DNA from: an uncultured Lentisphaerales bacterium
Lineage (GTDB): Bacteria; Verrucomicrobiota; Lentisphaeria; JABSQK01; UBA12247
Reading direction: 5' to 3'
Assembly (NCBI GenBank): GCA_943788985.1
Contig: CALSSJ010000002.1
Span: forward strand, 64,001-128,000
Length of the DNA stretch: 64,000 nucleotides
Shown piece by piece: positions 11,770-21,900 of the stretch (within the stretch, counting starts at the first letter, position 1; each line of letters begins with the position of its first letter). The position numbers and the translations under genes are program-made. The notes beneath the pieces were generated by a model. It was not told the origin of the DNA and made no database searches. It worked only from the letters and a program-made list of their open reading frames with translations.

Positions 11770-12243
11770 ATGCGTTGTCCCTCATGCGGGCATGATGAAG
11801 ATCGAGTCGTAGACAGCCGTGCCGTAAACGAAAGCCGGGTGGTCCGCAGGCGTCGCGAATGCGCGTCTTGCCAGCACCGGTTCACCACCGTAGAAGAGAT
11901 TTCCAATGACGAACTTGTGGTCTTGAAGCGCGACGGACAGCGCGAGCCATTTTTGCGACAGAAGCTCCTTGATGGCGTTGGTCGGGCCTGCTGGAAGCGC
12001 CCGATAGGCAGTGACCAGCTCGATAAACTCACTGCTAGGATCGCCGGCAAGATCGAAGACGGCGGCAATCGCGAGATAGAGAGCGAGGAGATTGGGCGAT
12101 TGGTGCTCGAGCAGTTGCTGGCGCTGGATCACGTCGCGTATGTCCGGTTTGCCAGTGTCTATCGAAAGTTTGATGACATTGATGAATTCGTCAACGAATT
12201 GATGTTCCTGCGCGGACAGAGCGGAGCGGAAGCAAAGGCATGA
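11770..12243 (+). CDS. nrdR: Transcriptional repressor NrdR
   Basis: MRCPSC, VVDSR, RRRREC..C..RFTT, AYVRFASVY. Confidence 0.96.
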   Translation: MRCPSCGHDEDRVVDSRAVNESRVVRRRRECASCQHRFTTVEEISNDELVVLKRDGQREPFLRQKLLDGVGRACWKRPIGSDQLDKLTARIAGKIEDGGNREIESEEIGRLVLEQLLALDHVAYVRFASVYRKFDDIDEFVNELMFLRGQSGAEAKA

Positions 12244-13181
12244 TAAAACTCAGCGCCGGGGCAGTTTTGCTCACCACACCCGCGGGAACACAGGAGCCGT
12301 TGAACCTAGATGGCCTATCGGACAAACTCTGGCAGTGCTGCAAGCAGGCCAAGCTGGATGATCCAGAACTCGCGGACAACCTGATCAGCACAGTTCGTCA
12401 ATTTTTGGAATTGCGGGTCTCGGAAGGTGCGCACCTGACCCAGCGCGATGTGGACGACCTCATCGTGCGCGCGCTCACCGATTTAGGTGTGCGGGCGGTT
12501 GCCGTCGAGTACGCCAGCGGTATGGACCTGCCAACACCGGGCGTGGGCCAAGAAATTGTCCCGACTGCAGAAGCTGTCGCGGAACTGTTACGCGATGATC
12601 TGTTCTTTCTTCACCGTCCGATCGATGCGATCAGCGAGGCCACATTGACGCGGATCTCATCGATCGGGTTCGAGCGAGTCACCCCGGCATTTGTGCTGGA
12701 GTTGGCAAAATGTGTCTGTCTGCATGAAGAGCGGCAGAAGCGCCAGGAGCCCGCCCGATATTGGTTACTGCACCGCAGTGAAATGCCGCCTTTGATCCCG
12801 TCCGAGCACTTGCCGTTGATCAGTGGTGGAATCTCGTTGCGCTCTGTTAGCCTGATTTTTCCCAATGTCGTGATCGATGTGGATATCCCGCGGTTCGCGC
12901 ACGGAGATGAGGTGCTGGGTACGGAACTCGCGTTTCTTCCCGCCTTTCACGAGCTGTGTATGGCCCTGTCTGAAGTCGCCGTCTCCGTGTACAGAGCCGT
13001 TAAAAAACGAAGCGGTGATTTGCAACTGTGCACGGTAGGTGCCAGTATTCACTTCGTTAATACACGTGCCCACGCAACAGAGGGCCTTGCGCTCTCGCCC
13101 CGTGATCTCGTGCTATTCCTCAACGAATTGGAGGCGATAGCCTCTCGCTGCCTACCTAATGTCCACTGCCTCTTCGAGTAA
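12240..13181 (+). CDS. Hypothetical protein, translationally coupled to nrdR
   Basis: 313-aa ORF; ATGA overlap with nrdR; no motif recognised. Confidence 0.7.
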   Translation: MIKLSAGAVLLTTPAGTQEPLNLDGLSDKLWQCCKQAKLDDPELADNLISTVRQFLELRVSEGAHLTQRDVDDLIVRALTDLGVRAVAVEYASGMDLPTPGVGQEIVPTAEAVAELLRDDLFFLHRPIDAISEATLTRISSIGFERVTPAFVLELAKCVCLHEERQKRQEPARYWLLHRSEMPPLIPSEHLPLISGGISLRSVSLIFPNVVIDVDIPRFAHGDEVLGTELAFLPAFHELCMALSEVAVSVYRAVKKRSGDLQLCTVGASIHFVNTRAHATEGLALSPRDLVLFLNELEAIASRCLPNVHCLFE

Positions 13182-14856
13182 ATCTTCCACCAGTGCGCCA
13201 GTAAGCCCCCCCGGGACACGTAATTACGTGCTCAAGGTGACAGGTGGCCCCGCCGCAGGGAAGGAATTCGTCCTGAACTCGCCCGAGGTTACGCTCGGCC
13301 GAGCCGTTAGTGCAGACGTGCAGCTGCCCGACATGGTGATCTCCCGTCACCATACCTCCATCTACTTCGAAGGGCGCCGCTGGGTCGTAAAGGACCTAGA
13401 AAGCACCAATGGCACGTGGATTGGTAACCGCCGTGTGCGCGGCCCGACACCGCTCGAACTAGGAAAAACCGTGCGCCTCGGTAATTCGCTCTTTCAAGTA
13501 CATCAGATTGACGAACCGCTCGACGAGCCGATAATTTCTGCCCGTGTCGAATCAGTTTCGGTCAAGCGCGTCGGCGAAGAACGCGACGCAGCCTCCGCGC
13601 AGATTGCTCGTGACCAGAAGAAGCTGCAGGCAATGTATAGCGTCCAGAGATTGGTTTCCGCTGCAGGGGACTTGCAGGAAGTCTACGACTGTTGCCTTGA
13701 GATCGTCACTGGCGCCATTCCGTCCCAGCGCGCGCATCTGTTGCTGGCTGCTGAGGATGGAAATAACCTCGTCCCCGTGGCCCAGCGTGATGAGCGGGGG
13801 CCGGTCAAAGAATTGAGCATGGAAAATGTCAGTCGCTCCATTATTCGCTGGGTGCGCAGTCAGGATGAAGGCGTCCTGTCTATCGATGCGACCAAGGACG
13901 TCAGGTTCTCCTCGCAGTCCATCAGTGATTCGCAGTTACAGCGTGTGCTTTGCGTCCCTATTCATGGCTCTGAAGAACAGCTTGGCGTGATTCATCTGGC
14001 CGTAAAATCCATCAATCTCGATTATGCAGAAGATGACCTGAAGCTCCTCTCGGCGATCGCTTGCTCCGCTGGACTCGCGATTGAGAACCGACGGCTCATG
14101 GAATCCAATCTGGCGGCTGAGCGCATGGCCGCGGTCGGTTTGATGGCAGCCAGTCTGGCGCATGACGTAAAGAACATTTTGGGCGGGCTAGAAGGCTGTA
14201 TCTCACTGCTTCGGATGGGGCTGGATTCGAAGGACGGCGACTTGACTGAGAACGCCTGGGATATGATGAATCGAAATCAAAAGCGTCTCAACAGTCTCAT
14301 GCATGACTTGCTGAATCTAGCGAGTGAAGATAAGCATGAGTCCCTGGCCGTAAGTGTCGAGGAGTTGGTGCGCGAGGCGGTCGATGTGATCCGACCGCAG
14401 GCTGATGCTAACGACATCAAAATTATGGTTCGCAAGCCTGCAGAGTTCGACGGCATTGCCTGGATGGACAGCCGTGGCATGCATCGTGTCTTGCTCAATC
14501 TTCTGACAAACGCGATCGCGGCCATAAATGACCAGCACGTCGGCACCGGCAAGGGGCGCGTCCGCATTACGTGGGGCCTAAAAGAAGGGGCTGAGGATTT
14601 TTTCCTGCGCGTCCGAGACAACGGCAAGGGTATTGCGGTTGTCGATCAGAGTAAGGTGTTCAATCTGTTTCACACTTCGAAGGGAAACCGCGGCACAGGT
14701 TTGGGATTGTCGGTCTGTAAGCAGATTGTAGAACGCCACCAGGGGACAATCGAGGTGGAATCTATTCCGGGAAAAGGCAGTGAGTTTATTGTCACTTTGC
14801 CCCAGAATAGCGACAGCACCGATACAGAAACCCGGACTTTTCTCATCGTCGACTGA
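13159..14856 (+). CDS. FHA-GAF-histidine kinase
   Basis: FHA motifs (LGR, ISRHH, DLESTNGT), GAF region, H-box LAHDVKN, N-box LLNLLTNA, DNGKGI, GTGLGL. Confidence 0.9.
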   Translation: MSTASSSKSSTSAPVSPPGTRNYVLKVTGGPAAGKEFVLNSPEVTLGRAVSADVQLPDMVISRHHTSIYFEGRRWVVKDLESTNGTWIGNRRVRGPTPLELGKTVRLGNSLFQVHQIDEPLDEPIISARVESVSVKRVGEERDAASAQIARDQKKLQAMYSVQRLVSAAGDLQEVYDCCLEIVTGAIPSQRAHLLLAAEDGNNLVPVAQRDERGPVKELSMENVSRSIIRWVRSQDEGVLSIDATKDVRFSSQSISDSQLQRVLCVPIHGSEEQLGVIHLAVKSINLDYAEDDLKLLSAIACSAGLAIENRRLMESNLAAERMAAVGLMAASLAHDVKNILGGLEGCISLLRMGLDSKDGDLTENAWDMMNRNQKRLNSLMHDLLNLASEDKHESLAVSVEELVREAVDVIRPQADANDIKIMVRKPAEFDGIAWMDSRGMHRVLLNLLTNAIAAINDQHVGTGKGRVRITWGLKEGAEDFFLRVRDNGKGIAVVDQSKVFNLFHTSKGNRGTGLGLSVCKQIVERHQGTIEVESIPGKGSEFIVTLPQNSDSTDTETRTFLIVD

Positions 14857-14862
14857 TCTCCC

Positions 14863-15343
14863 GTGGACCTGTACCAGATTCCCGTCGAGACCGCCAGTGG
14901 CCAAGCCAGCAATCTCTCTGCCTATCGCCGGAGCGTGCTGCTCATCGTAAACACAGCCAATAAGTGCGGATTTACCCCGCAGTACGCGGATCTCTCCGAT
15001 CTGGCGGCACGCTGGCAGGACCATGATTTTGCGGTTCTCGCATTTCCTTCAAACGACTTTCATAAGCAAGAACTGGGCACCAACGCCGAGATCCAGTCGT
15101 ATTGCAGCGCAGCTTATGGCGTGAGCCTTCCGGTATTCGCGAAGGTGTCAGTAGAGCCGAGCCACCAGCAGGCACCACTTTTCCACTACCTGACCAGTGC
15201 TGCGAACGCCGGATTCCCGCGGCGAATTCTGTGGAACTTTGAGAAATTTCTCCTGGGTCGCGCTAGTGCAGCGTTTTCGCACGCCGCGCCGTCCCACACA
15301 TTATAAGATTGTGACGGCAGTGGAGCAGGCACTCAGCTGTTAG
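14863..15343 (+). pseudogene. Glutathione peroxidase family protein with a frameshift near the 3' end
   Basis: VNTANKCGFTPQY, LAFPSNDF, WNFEKFL. After GR (about 15262) the expected tail LVQRFRTPRRPTHYKIVTAVEQALSC* continues in another frame to TAG 15341-15343. Confidence 0.8.
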
Positions 15344-15367
15344 CCTGAAATCATCTAGGAAAGACTT

Positions 15368-16972
15368 TCACTCAGGGGTTAAAAGTGGCAGTAATACCAC
15401 AAACTTAGCGCCCTGATCCGCGCTCTCGGCGCGGACGCACCCGCCGTGTTGGGAGATGGCCTGATTGGCAATCGTCGTCCCCAGGCCTAAGCCGTCTCCG
15501 CTGGCTTGGAACGGATCAAAAAGCCGGTCCCTAATTTCATCTGCAATGCCCGATCCCGTATCTGTCAGCGTAATTTTCGCGTTTTTTCCGACGCGCTCAC
15601 AGTGCGCCACTATCCGGCGTTCTGAGCCCACAGGCTGCGTGCGTAACGCGTTTATGCTGTTCTCGATCAGTCTAGCAATACTAAATTCAAGCACCTCGTG
15701 ATCTCCCTCGATTTTAAGGTCATGCCCTTCTTGGATATGCATGTCGATCGAGAATTCCTCGAGCCGCTCGCGGCAGGACTCGAATGCTGCCTGGACTAGA
15801 TCATGGACGCGAATGGACCGCCGGTTTAATTCCTGCGTTCCACTCTTGTTAAACCGTGAAATATTCTTACTAAGTTGCTCCAGACGCAGAATGGAGCGAT
15901 CCAGCTTGTCGCAGAGCTCCGGGACTTTCTTCGTGCCTGCTGTGCGCACAGAATTCCCCACTTCCTTGAGCTGCTCCAGTTCCGAGCTCATGACTCCAGC
16001 GATGCGTTGCATCGCAGTGCCCAGAACGGCCAAACGCTTCTCACGAGAATGCTGTTGCAGGAGGAACATATTCTTGAGTACTTCTCGCGCCGTCTCGGAT
16101 AGAATATCCAGAAACGGTTCTAGCTGCTCAAAGTCGAACGAGATGCCTTTCCCTTCGAGGTAGATGAAGCCTTCAAAATCTTCGAACCGAATCGGGAAAT
16201 AGGCGGTCTGCGCCGTGTCATCCGTCCGTCTGCGCTCCGGCATACCTACTGCAGAAATCCGCTCAACCAGCGCGCCTTGCTGTGCGGGATGGGTGATTGC
16301 GCATACTTCAAGTTCACCATGCAGCGTCCTGGCCACAATCCCTAGATCTGCATCCAAAAAGGAGACAAACGCACCCAGAATCGCTCGCGCTGTCTCACCG
16401 AGGTTCCTCTGCACACCGCGTGTCAGTGCCGTGCTTTCATTCATCAGCCGGTTTGTGAGTAGCAACCGTTCGCGTTCACGCTGGGTGAGATTCCATTTCT
16501 CGGTCAGTGCGCGGGCAAGCTGGCGAATCTCCTCAGGCTGAAATGGCTTTTTGAGGTACAGCAGCTTCTCTGCGACCCCAATCTGCTGCACTAGCTCTTC
16601 CTGATTGTAGTCCGCGTAGGCCGTCATGATTACGATCTCGATGTCCTTATCCACGGCGCGAATGTTCTGCGCAGTTCGCAAACCATCCCAGCCCGGCATG
16701 CGCATGTCCAAAAACAAGACGGCAAATGGATTGCCAGCATCGGTGGACTCCTTGACCTGTTCAAAAGCCAGCTGGCCTTCGCCCACCGTTTCCACATCAT
16801 ACTGGATTCCAGGAGCTTCTGCGGCGGGTGCATGATTGCGCGCGAATCGCTTGCGAATCTGATCTAGCAGCGGTCTCGCTTCGCTACTTTTTTCTTTGCG
16901 CAGCAACCGAGCGACCTGCAGGCGCAGGTCTTCCTGATCATCGACAATTAATATTCGCCGGTTGGCCTTCAT
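15368..16972 (-). CDS. Receiver-domain/histidine-kinase-like hybrid protein
   Basis: REC motifs (ILIVDD, LDMRMPGWDG, KPF) and C-terminal HATPase (DTGSGI, GLGLG); no His in the apparent H-box. Confidence 0.85.
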   Translation of the reverse strand: MKANRRILIVDDQEDLRLQVARLLRKEKSSEARPLLDQIRKRFARNHAPAAEAPGIQYDVETVGEGQLAFEQVKESTDAGNPFAVLFLDMRMPGWDGLRTAQNIRAVDKDIEIVIMTAYADYNQEELVQQIGVAEKLLYLKKPFQPEEIRQLARALTEKWNLTQRERERLLLTNRLMNESTALTRGVQRNLGETARAILGAFVSFLDADLGIVARTLHGELEVCAITHPAQQGALVERISAVGMPERRRTDDTAQTAYFPIRFEDFEGFIYLEGKGISFDFEQLEPFLDILSETAREVLKNMFLLQQHSREKRLAVLGTAMQRIAGVMSSELEQLKEVGNSVRTAGTKKVPELCDKLDRSILRLEQLSKNISRFNKSGTQELNRRSIRVHDLVQAAFESCRERLEEFSIDMHIQEGHDLKIEGDHEVLEFSIARLIENSINALRTQPVGSERRIVAHCERVGKNAKITLTDTGSGIADEIRDRLFDPFQASGDGLGLGTTIANQAISQHGGCVRAESADQGAKFVVLLPLLTPE

Positions 16973-17808
16973 GCGTTCTCCACGGCAGGCAGTTCAAACT
17001 GAACGATGATTCCGCCGCCTTCGCGAGGAATGGCAAAAATCTTTCCTCTGTACTGCTCAATCGTTAGCCGGCAGTAGTACAACCCTAGGCCCCCATGGCT
17101 GTGGCTCGGCTTTGTGGAGTACCCTGCGGCAAAGATCTGTTCACACTGATTCTCCCTCAGTCCTGCACCGCTATCCATGATCTGGCAGATAGCCTGGCCC
17201 CGCTCAGAAAACGCCTTGGCTATGAGGCTTTTCTTGCCGGGAGCACCTTCCATCGCTTCCATCCCATTCTTCAGCAAATTCAGCACAACCTGTGTAATCT
17301 GCGCGGCATCCACCATCACGCAGGGCGTGTCCGCGAAGTCTGTGTGGATGTTCACGCCGCGGCGCGTTGCGGACTCCGTAATCATGCGTGTACAATCCGC
17401 GAGAACTGCTGGAATTGACGTGAGGTGCGGATTGCCATCGCCAGAAGCCATGCGGCGCTGGACGTCGATGATATCGCCGATGTGCCGGAGCTTGGTGTCG
17501 AGTGCGCCGAGCAGCTGGTTTTGCCGCATCAGCGCTGTCTGTTGATGTTCGAGAAGCTCTGCCAGAGCCTGCACGTAATCGCTGGCTGGGGTGTCAGACT
17601 CGCCGGTTGCTGCGGCCCGTAGTGCTGGCAGCAGATCCGAGAGCATGTAATCAAGGGCCTCGGTATCCGTTGTCTCTCGCAAGCTATCGATCGTCAGTTT
17701 TGCGATCGTCGCAACATTTCCGATATTATGAAAGGCGTTCGCATTCAGCTGAACAATGTTCGCCGACCGAACCTCCTCGAATTGCTCAGAGTCTGGTCGC
17801 GCGCTCAT
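16969..17808 (-). CDS. Cytoplasmic histidine kinase without an obvious sensor domain
   Basis: FHNIGN H-box, QVVLNLLKNG, DSGAGL, YSTK, GGLGL. ATG 17808 chosen because it lies just after the hpt stop. Confidence 0.8.
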   Translation of the reverse strand: MSARPDSEQFEEVRSANIVQLNANAFHNIGNVATIAKLTIDSLRETTDTEALDYMLSDLLPALRAAATGESDTPASDYVQALAELLEHQQTALMRQNQLLGALDTKLRHIGDIIDVQRRMASGDGNPHLTSIPAVLADCTRMITESATRRGVNIHTDFADTPCVMVDAAQITQVVLNLLKNGMEAMEGAPGKKSLIAKAFSERGQAICQIMDSGAGLRENQCEQIFAAGYSTKPSHSHGGLGLYYCRLTIEQYRGKIFAIPREGGGIIVQFELPAVENA

Positions 17809-17812
17809 ATGT

Positions 17813-18358
17813 TCAGGCTTCAGGCGTCGCGTAACAGGCTGGGGAAAGGACGCCAACAAAGCCTAAGTGGCGGTACCGCTCGTTGTAGTCGAGGCCGTAG
17901 CCCACGACCCATTCGTCACGAATGTGAAAGCCAGCGTAATCCGCTTCGAGCCCTCGCTCTTGATCATGCTGCTTATCAAGCAGGACACAGGTTTTGACGT
18001 CGTGTGCACCTTGATCCCGCACGGCCTGCACCAAGTTCTCCAGCGTGACACCGGTGTCCAGAATGTCGTCCACGATCACCACGTCTCGGCCTCGCACATC
18101 CAGCTTGCACCGCGAGCGTATGTCCAGGTTTTCGCGCGATACCGTGCCGGAATAGGACGATGCAGAGATCGTATCGAGCTGAAGTGGGATCGTAATTTGG
18201 CGCACAAGATCCGCGCCGAATATCACGGCACCGTTTGAAACGATGATGATTGTAAGGTGTCGCTCCCTATAATCATCGCTAATCCGCGCACCGAGTTCAG
18301 CTACGCGTTGCGCAATCTGCTCTACAGAAATCAGTTCTTCGTCGATATCGTCCAGCAC
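17813..18358 (-). CDS. hpt: Hypoxanthine phosphoribosyltransferase
   Basis: VVIVDDILDTGVTL PRPP motif; VVGYGLDYNERYRHL. Confidence 0.93.
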   Translation of the reverse strand: MLDDIDEELISVEQIAQRVAELGARISDDYRERHLTIIIVSNGAVIFGADLVRQITIPLQLDTISASSYSGTVSRENLDIRSRCKLDVRGRDVVIVDDILDTGVTLENLVQAVRDQGAHDVKTCVLLDKQHDQERGLEADYAGFHIRDEWVVGYGLDYNERYRHLGFVGVLSPACYATPEA

Positions 18359-18430
18359 TTATGCCTCCAACTAACAGCCAAGCGTTCACTATACGGTATG
18401 AACTCGCCACAGTCCATTCATGCCCGGCGA

Positions 18431-19468
18431 TCAGTTTGCGAGGTTTGCAAACAGAGTTGAAGTCACATCGTGGGTCGTCACTATCCCGATCTGCCCTCCC
18501 TCGCCATCCACGACGACCAACAATGGACTGCGTTCTGCGTTGGCTGCATGGAGCACATCGCGCAGCCGCGTTTGCCCATCAATGGTATGCAAAGGTCGCA
18601 TCCAGGTGACCACGGCCTCCTCACTCCAGCGCTCTCGTGCCACCCGAAAGAGTGCGTCATATAGGGAGAAAACGCCGATCCACTCGCCAGCCTGATTCTG
18701 CACCGGAAGTCGAGCGCATTTACGCTTAATCGCGACCTTGGCCGCACGGGCCAGTGTCGCCTTCTCATCGACGGTCAGCACGTCATCGCGCGCCACCATG
18801 ATCGAGCGTGCTCCGCGGTTTGGCAGGTCGAGCGCGGTCAGCACCATGTTTCTGACATCAGAATCCACCAGTCCGGCCTCCTCACTTTCTAACAGCATAT
18901 GACGCAGTTCTTCGCGCATTTGGCTGGCCGGGAGTTCTCTTTCGTTCTCATCGTGCAGCAGGCGACGTTGGATAAACAGCGTGATGTGCGACAGCAGCTG
19001 GACCGCTCGGCCAGTGCAGCGAAAGAATAGGTAGATCGGCCACACGGCCAGGCGACAGCGATTGAACGGCTGCTGCCGAAACCAGACTTTGGGTGTCACT
19101 TCCCCGAATACCAACATCACCAGTGTCAGCAGCACGGTGGTGAGCAACGAGATCGCGGCGATTGCCTGGTCCCGCGTCATGACCTTGCTCGCTTCCTCCA
19201 GCAGCCAGGCTCCGGCCGCGGCTTGAATCAGATTATCAAAGAAGACCGCCGCCAGCACGTTTGCCAAGACGTTGCCCAGCAGGATGCAGCCGAGCATCTT
19301 AGCCGGGTTATCCAGAAAGAACTTCATATGCTTGGCTGCCGGCATGCCGTCAGAGACGGCGTGATCTAGGCGCGCCTGCCGGACCTGAATCATGCCATTC
19401 TCAAAGCCGCTGAATAGCGCCGAGGCGATCAGCGCAAGAAGGAAGAAGATGGCGCATGCCTCAATCAC
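18431..19468 (-). CDS. CNNM/DUF21-CBS membrane protein (hemolysin/CorB-like)
   Basis: SALFSGFE, ILLGN, VFGEVTPK, CBS pair. Confidence 0.88.
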   Translation of the reverse strand: MIEACAIFFLLALIASALFSGFENGMIQVRQARLDHAVSDGMPAAKHMKFFLDNPAKMLGCILLGNVLANVLAAVFFDNLIQAAAGAWLLEEASKVMTRDQAIAAISLLTTVLLTLVMLVFGEVTPKVWFRQQPFNRCRLAVWPIYLFFRCTGRAVQLLSHITLFIQRRLLHDENERELPASQMREELRHMLLESEEAGLVDSDVRNMVLTALDLPNRGARSIMVARDDVLTVDEKATLARAAKVAIKRKCARLPVQNQAGEWIGVFSLYDALFRVARERWSEEAVVTWMRPLHTIDGQTRLRDVLHAANAERSPLLVVVDGEGGQIGIVTTHDVTSTLFANLAN

Positions 19469-20711
19469 CCGTTACCTCCCGAATCACGTCCACCTCCAAA
19501 ATGCGTCCCCGGCGTACCCGAAACACCTTGATCTGGTACTCACCGTTAGCCCACGTGTCACCAGTTTCGGGAACTGCTCCCAGGCCCTCGGTTACGAGTC
19601 CAGACATTGTATTGGCATTGGACTCGCCCAGCTCAAACCCGGGAATTGCTGCGGCAACCTCAGTCGCCGCCATCCTGCCATCCAGCCGCCAATGACCCTC
19701 CTGAATTCTGGCGATTTCCGGCGGCGGCCGGTCAAACTCGTCCAGCAACTCGTCCCCCAGAATTTCTTCGATAATGTCCTCGGTGCTCAGCAGCCCACTC
19801 ACGCCGCCGAACTCGTCCACCATCATTGCAATTGGCGCCCGTCGTGCACGCAACTGGCCCAGTACCTGGCTTAGAGATGCCATCTCGGGAAGGAATAGAG
19901 GCGTGTCCAGGCAGCGTTCCTGCCAGTGCTGCTCTTGGCTCGGGGAAAGTCTTAGCAGGTTTGCGCAATTCAGCACGCCGACCACATTGTCGAGGTCGCC
20001 ATCCACCACGGGCAGCCTACGATGGCGGGCCTGGCGCATCCGCACGTAGACGCTTTCGATATCATCGGAGGCGTCGACGGTACACACCTCTACGCGCGGC
20101 GTCATCGCCTGGCTTGCCTTCGTCTCCCGCAACGCCAGAATCCCGTTTAACATGTCCAACTCGCGCGCTGGAAATGCCCCCGCCTTCTCTCCCATGGCTA
20201 GAAACGTGCGGTATTCCTCGACCGTGATCGCAACCGACTGGACGCCCTTCCCGAACAGGCGCAAAAGCCTGCCGCTCACTCCGCGAATCACAAAGATAAA
20301 CGGACGCAGTGGAGCGATCAGGTAGGATAGCAACCGAGCAGCCTTCGGTGCCAAAGCTTCTGCCTTCGTAAATGCAATGGTCTTTGGCGTGATCTCACCC
20401 AGAATCAAGACGACGACTGTGCTGATCACTACCGCGATTACGGAGGCTGCGGGCAATTCATAAGCCTGCGCCACGCGGTTCACCAAGATTGCCGTCATGT
20501 TGTTTACAAAATTGGTGCCAAGCAGAATCGCCACCAGCGTACCGTGGTGGTCCACCAACAGCCGTGCCGCCAGTTTCTGATTCGGGGTTCCATCATCGCC
20601 CCATTGACGCAGAGTGCTTGGACCCAGCGAGAATAACGCCGTCTCAGATGCTGAAAAGAATGCACTTGCCAAGACCAGAAACAGAAAACAGCCAAGCAAC
20701 AAGACAATCAC
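19461..20711 (-). CDS. CNNM/DUF21-CBS-CorC_HlyC membrane protein
   Basis: SAFFSASETALFSL, GEITPK, MTPR, VDEFGGVSGL..EDIIEEI. Confidence 0.9.
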   Translation of the reverse strand: MIVLLLGCFLFLVLASAFFSASETALFSLGPSTLRQWGDDGTPNQKLAARLLVDHHGTLVAILLGTNFVNNMTAILVNRVAQAYELPAASVIAVVISTVVVLILGEITPKTIAFTKAEALAPKAARLLSYLIAPLRPFIFVIRGVSGRLLRLFGKGVQSVAITVEEYRTFLAMGEKAGAFPARELDMLNGILALRETKASQAMTPRVEVCTVDASDDIESVYVRMRQARHRRLPVVDGDLDNVVGVLNCANLLRLSPSQEQHWQERCLDTPLFLPEMASLSQVLGQLRARRAPIAMMVDEFGGVSGLLSTEDIIEEILGDELLDEFDRPPPEIARIQEGHWRLDGRMAATEVAAAIPGFELGESNANTMSGLVTEGLGAVPETGDTWANGEYQIKVFRVRRGRILEVDVIREVTGD

Positions 20712-20815
20712 ATGACGCTCCGTTTACATACCAGCCTCGACTAGTCGACACATTAGCTCAGCTCGGGCGTAAGTCTCTCTCAGTTTCCCCGCAGAATCCA
20801 CCGCTGGTTGAGCAA

Positions 20816-20841
20816 GCAGGGGGAGACCGAGCTCCCCCTGC
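20816..20841 (-). terminator. Stem-loop downstream of the hsp20 pair, probable terminator
   Basis: GCAGGGGGAG-ACCGAG-CTCCCCCTGC, a perfect 10-bp stem just after the stop; weak U-tract. Confidence 0.55.
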
Positions 20842-20849
20842 GAGTGCTG

Positions 20850-21221
20850 TTATCCCACGGTGACGGCGATTCGCTTGGGCTTGGCTGCCTCTGCTTTCGG
20901 CAGAGTCAGCGACAGGATGCCATTGGTGATCCCCGCCTGAATCGCGTCGCTGTTGACGCGCTCAGAAATGCGGAACGCTCGCTCGAAGTTGCCCACGGCG
21001 TACTCCGCGTGGACCTGCTCCCCAAACTCATTTGGCGCCACGCGTCCCAGGACGGTAAGCACTTGGTCCTCCAGCCGGATGTCGACCTGGTCCTGTGCGA
21101 CACCGGGCATCTCCAGCTGGAGACACAGGGCCTCGCTGTTCTCCCAGATATCGACGCGCGGGGTGAAGCAGTGGTGGTTGGTTGCCTCGGTGGTCTCGGT
21201 AGTGAGGGTTTCGTTGCTCAT
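20850..21221 (-). CDS. Hsp20/alpha-crystallin small heat-shock protein
   Basis: PRVDIWE, EMPGV, FERAF, NGILSLTLPK; AGAAGGAG RBS before ATG 21221. Confidence 0.92.
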   Translation of the reverse strand: MSNETLTTETTEATNHHCFTPRVDIWENSEALCLQLEMPGVAQDQVDIRLEDQVLTVLGRVAPNEFGEQVHAEYAVGNFERAFRISERVNSDAIQAGITNGILSLTLPKAEAAKPKRIAVTVG

Positions 21222-21249
21222 GGTCTTGCTCCTTCTCTGGTTACGTAGC

Positions 21250-21663
21250 TCAGCATGCCTTGACGGCAATCTGACGAGGTTGATCCTCAATGCGCGAATG
21301 GACCGTGACCTTAAGTACACCGAGCTTCAGCTCAGCGGTGGTCTTGTCACCATCAGCCCGGAAAGGAAGGCGGAACTGCCGGCTGAATTTGCCGTAGCAG
21401 CGCTCATTTCGGTGATAGGTGACGCCTTCTTCCTTGGCCTGCGCCGGGACCAATCCGGACAAAGTCAGGACATTGTCGTGGACATTGACGCCAATGGAAT
21501 CAGCGTCGAGGCCGGGAAGTTCTGCGGTGAGGACGACGTGGTCGTCTGCATTCCAAACGTTTACCTTCGGCGAACCGCCGGTATTGCGCTGGGGGTCGTG
21601 CTGTCTCGAGAACGGCCAGCCGCGCTCGAGTTCCTGCCATGGGGTAAAGAATGCCGTGCTCAT
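21250..21663 (-). CDS. Hsp20/alpha-crystallin small heat-shock protein
   Basis: AELPGL, HRNERCYGKFSRQFRLP, GVLKVT; AGAGGAGG RBS before ATG 21663. Confidence 0.92.
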   Translation of the reverse strand: MSTAFFTPWQELERGWPFSRQHDPQRNTGGSPKVNVWNADDHVVLTAELPGLDADSIGVNVHDNVLTLSGLVPAQAKEEGVTYHRNERCYGKFSRQFRLPFRADGDKTTAELKLGVLKVTVHSRIEDQPRQIAVKAC

Positions 21664-21900
21664 TTGCTGGCCTCCTCTTCTTTGCGTTGTCTCTGCTCGT
21701 GTCACCGTGACGCAAGCTAAGACCCAATTTGCAGAGGATATGCCAAAAATGAATAAAAATCGCTTAATCCGTTCTGTAACAGGTAGATGCGAGGATTTTT
21801 ATTTCTTACGGATTAAGCTGGATGCGCCAGTATGGCTCACTTTTGGCGCAGCGCACACCCTCGACGCAGGCCATCCCAAGGCATGGCGGCCGATTCATTC

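Noticed and set aside
14863..15343. Selenocysteine glutathione peroxidase
   Set aside because: The active-site codon is TGC (Cys); the defect is a 3' frameshift, not an in-frame TGA.
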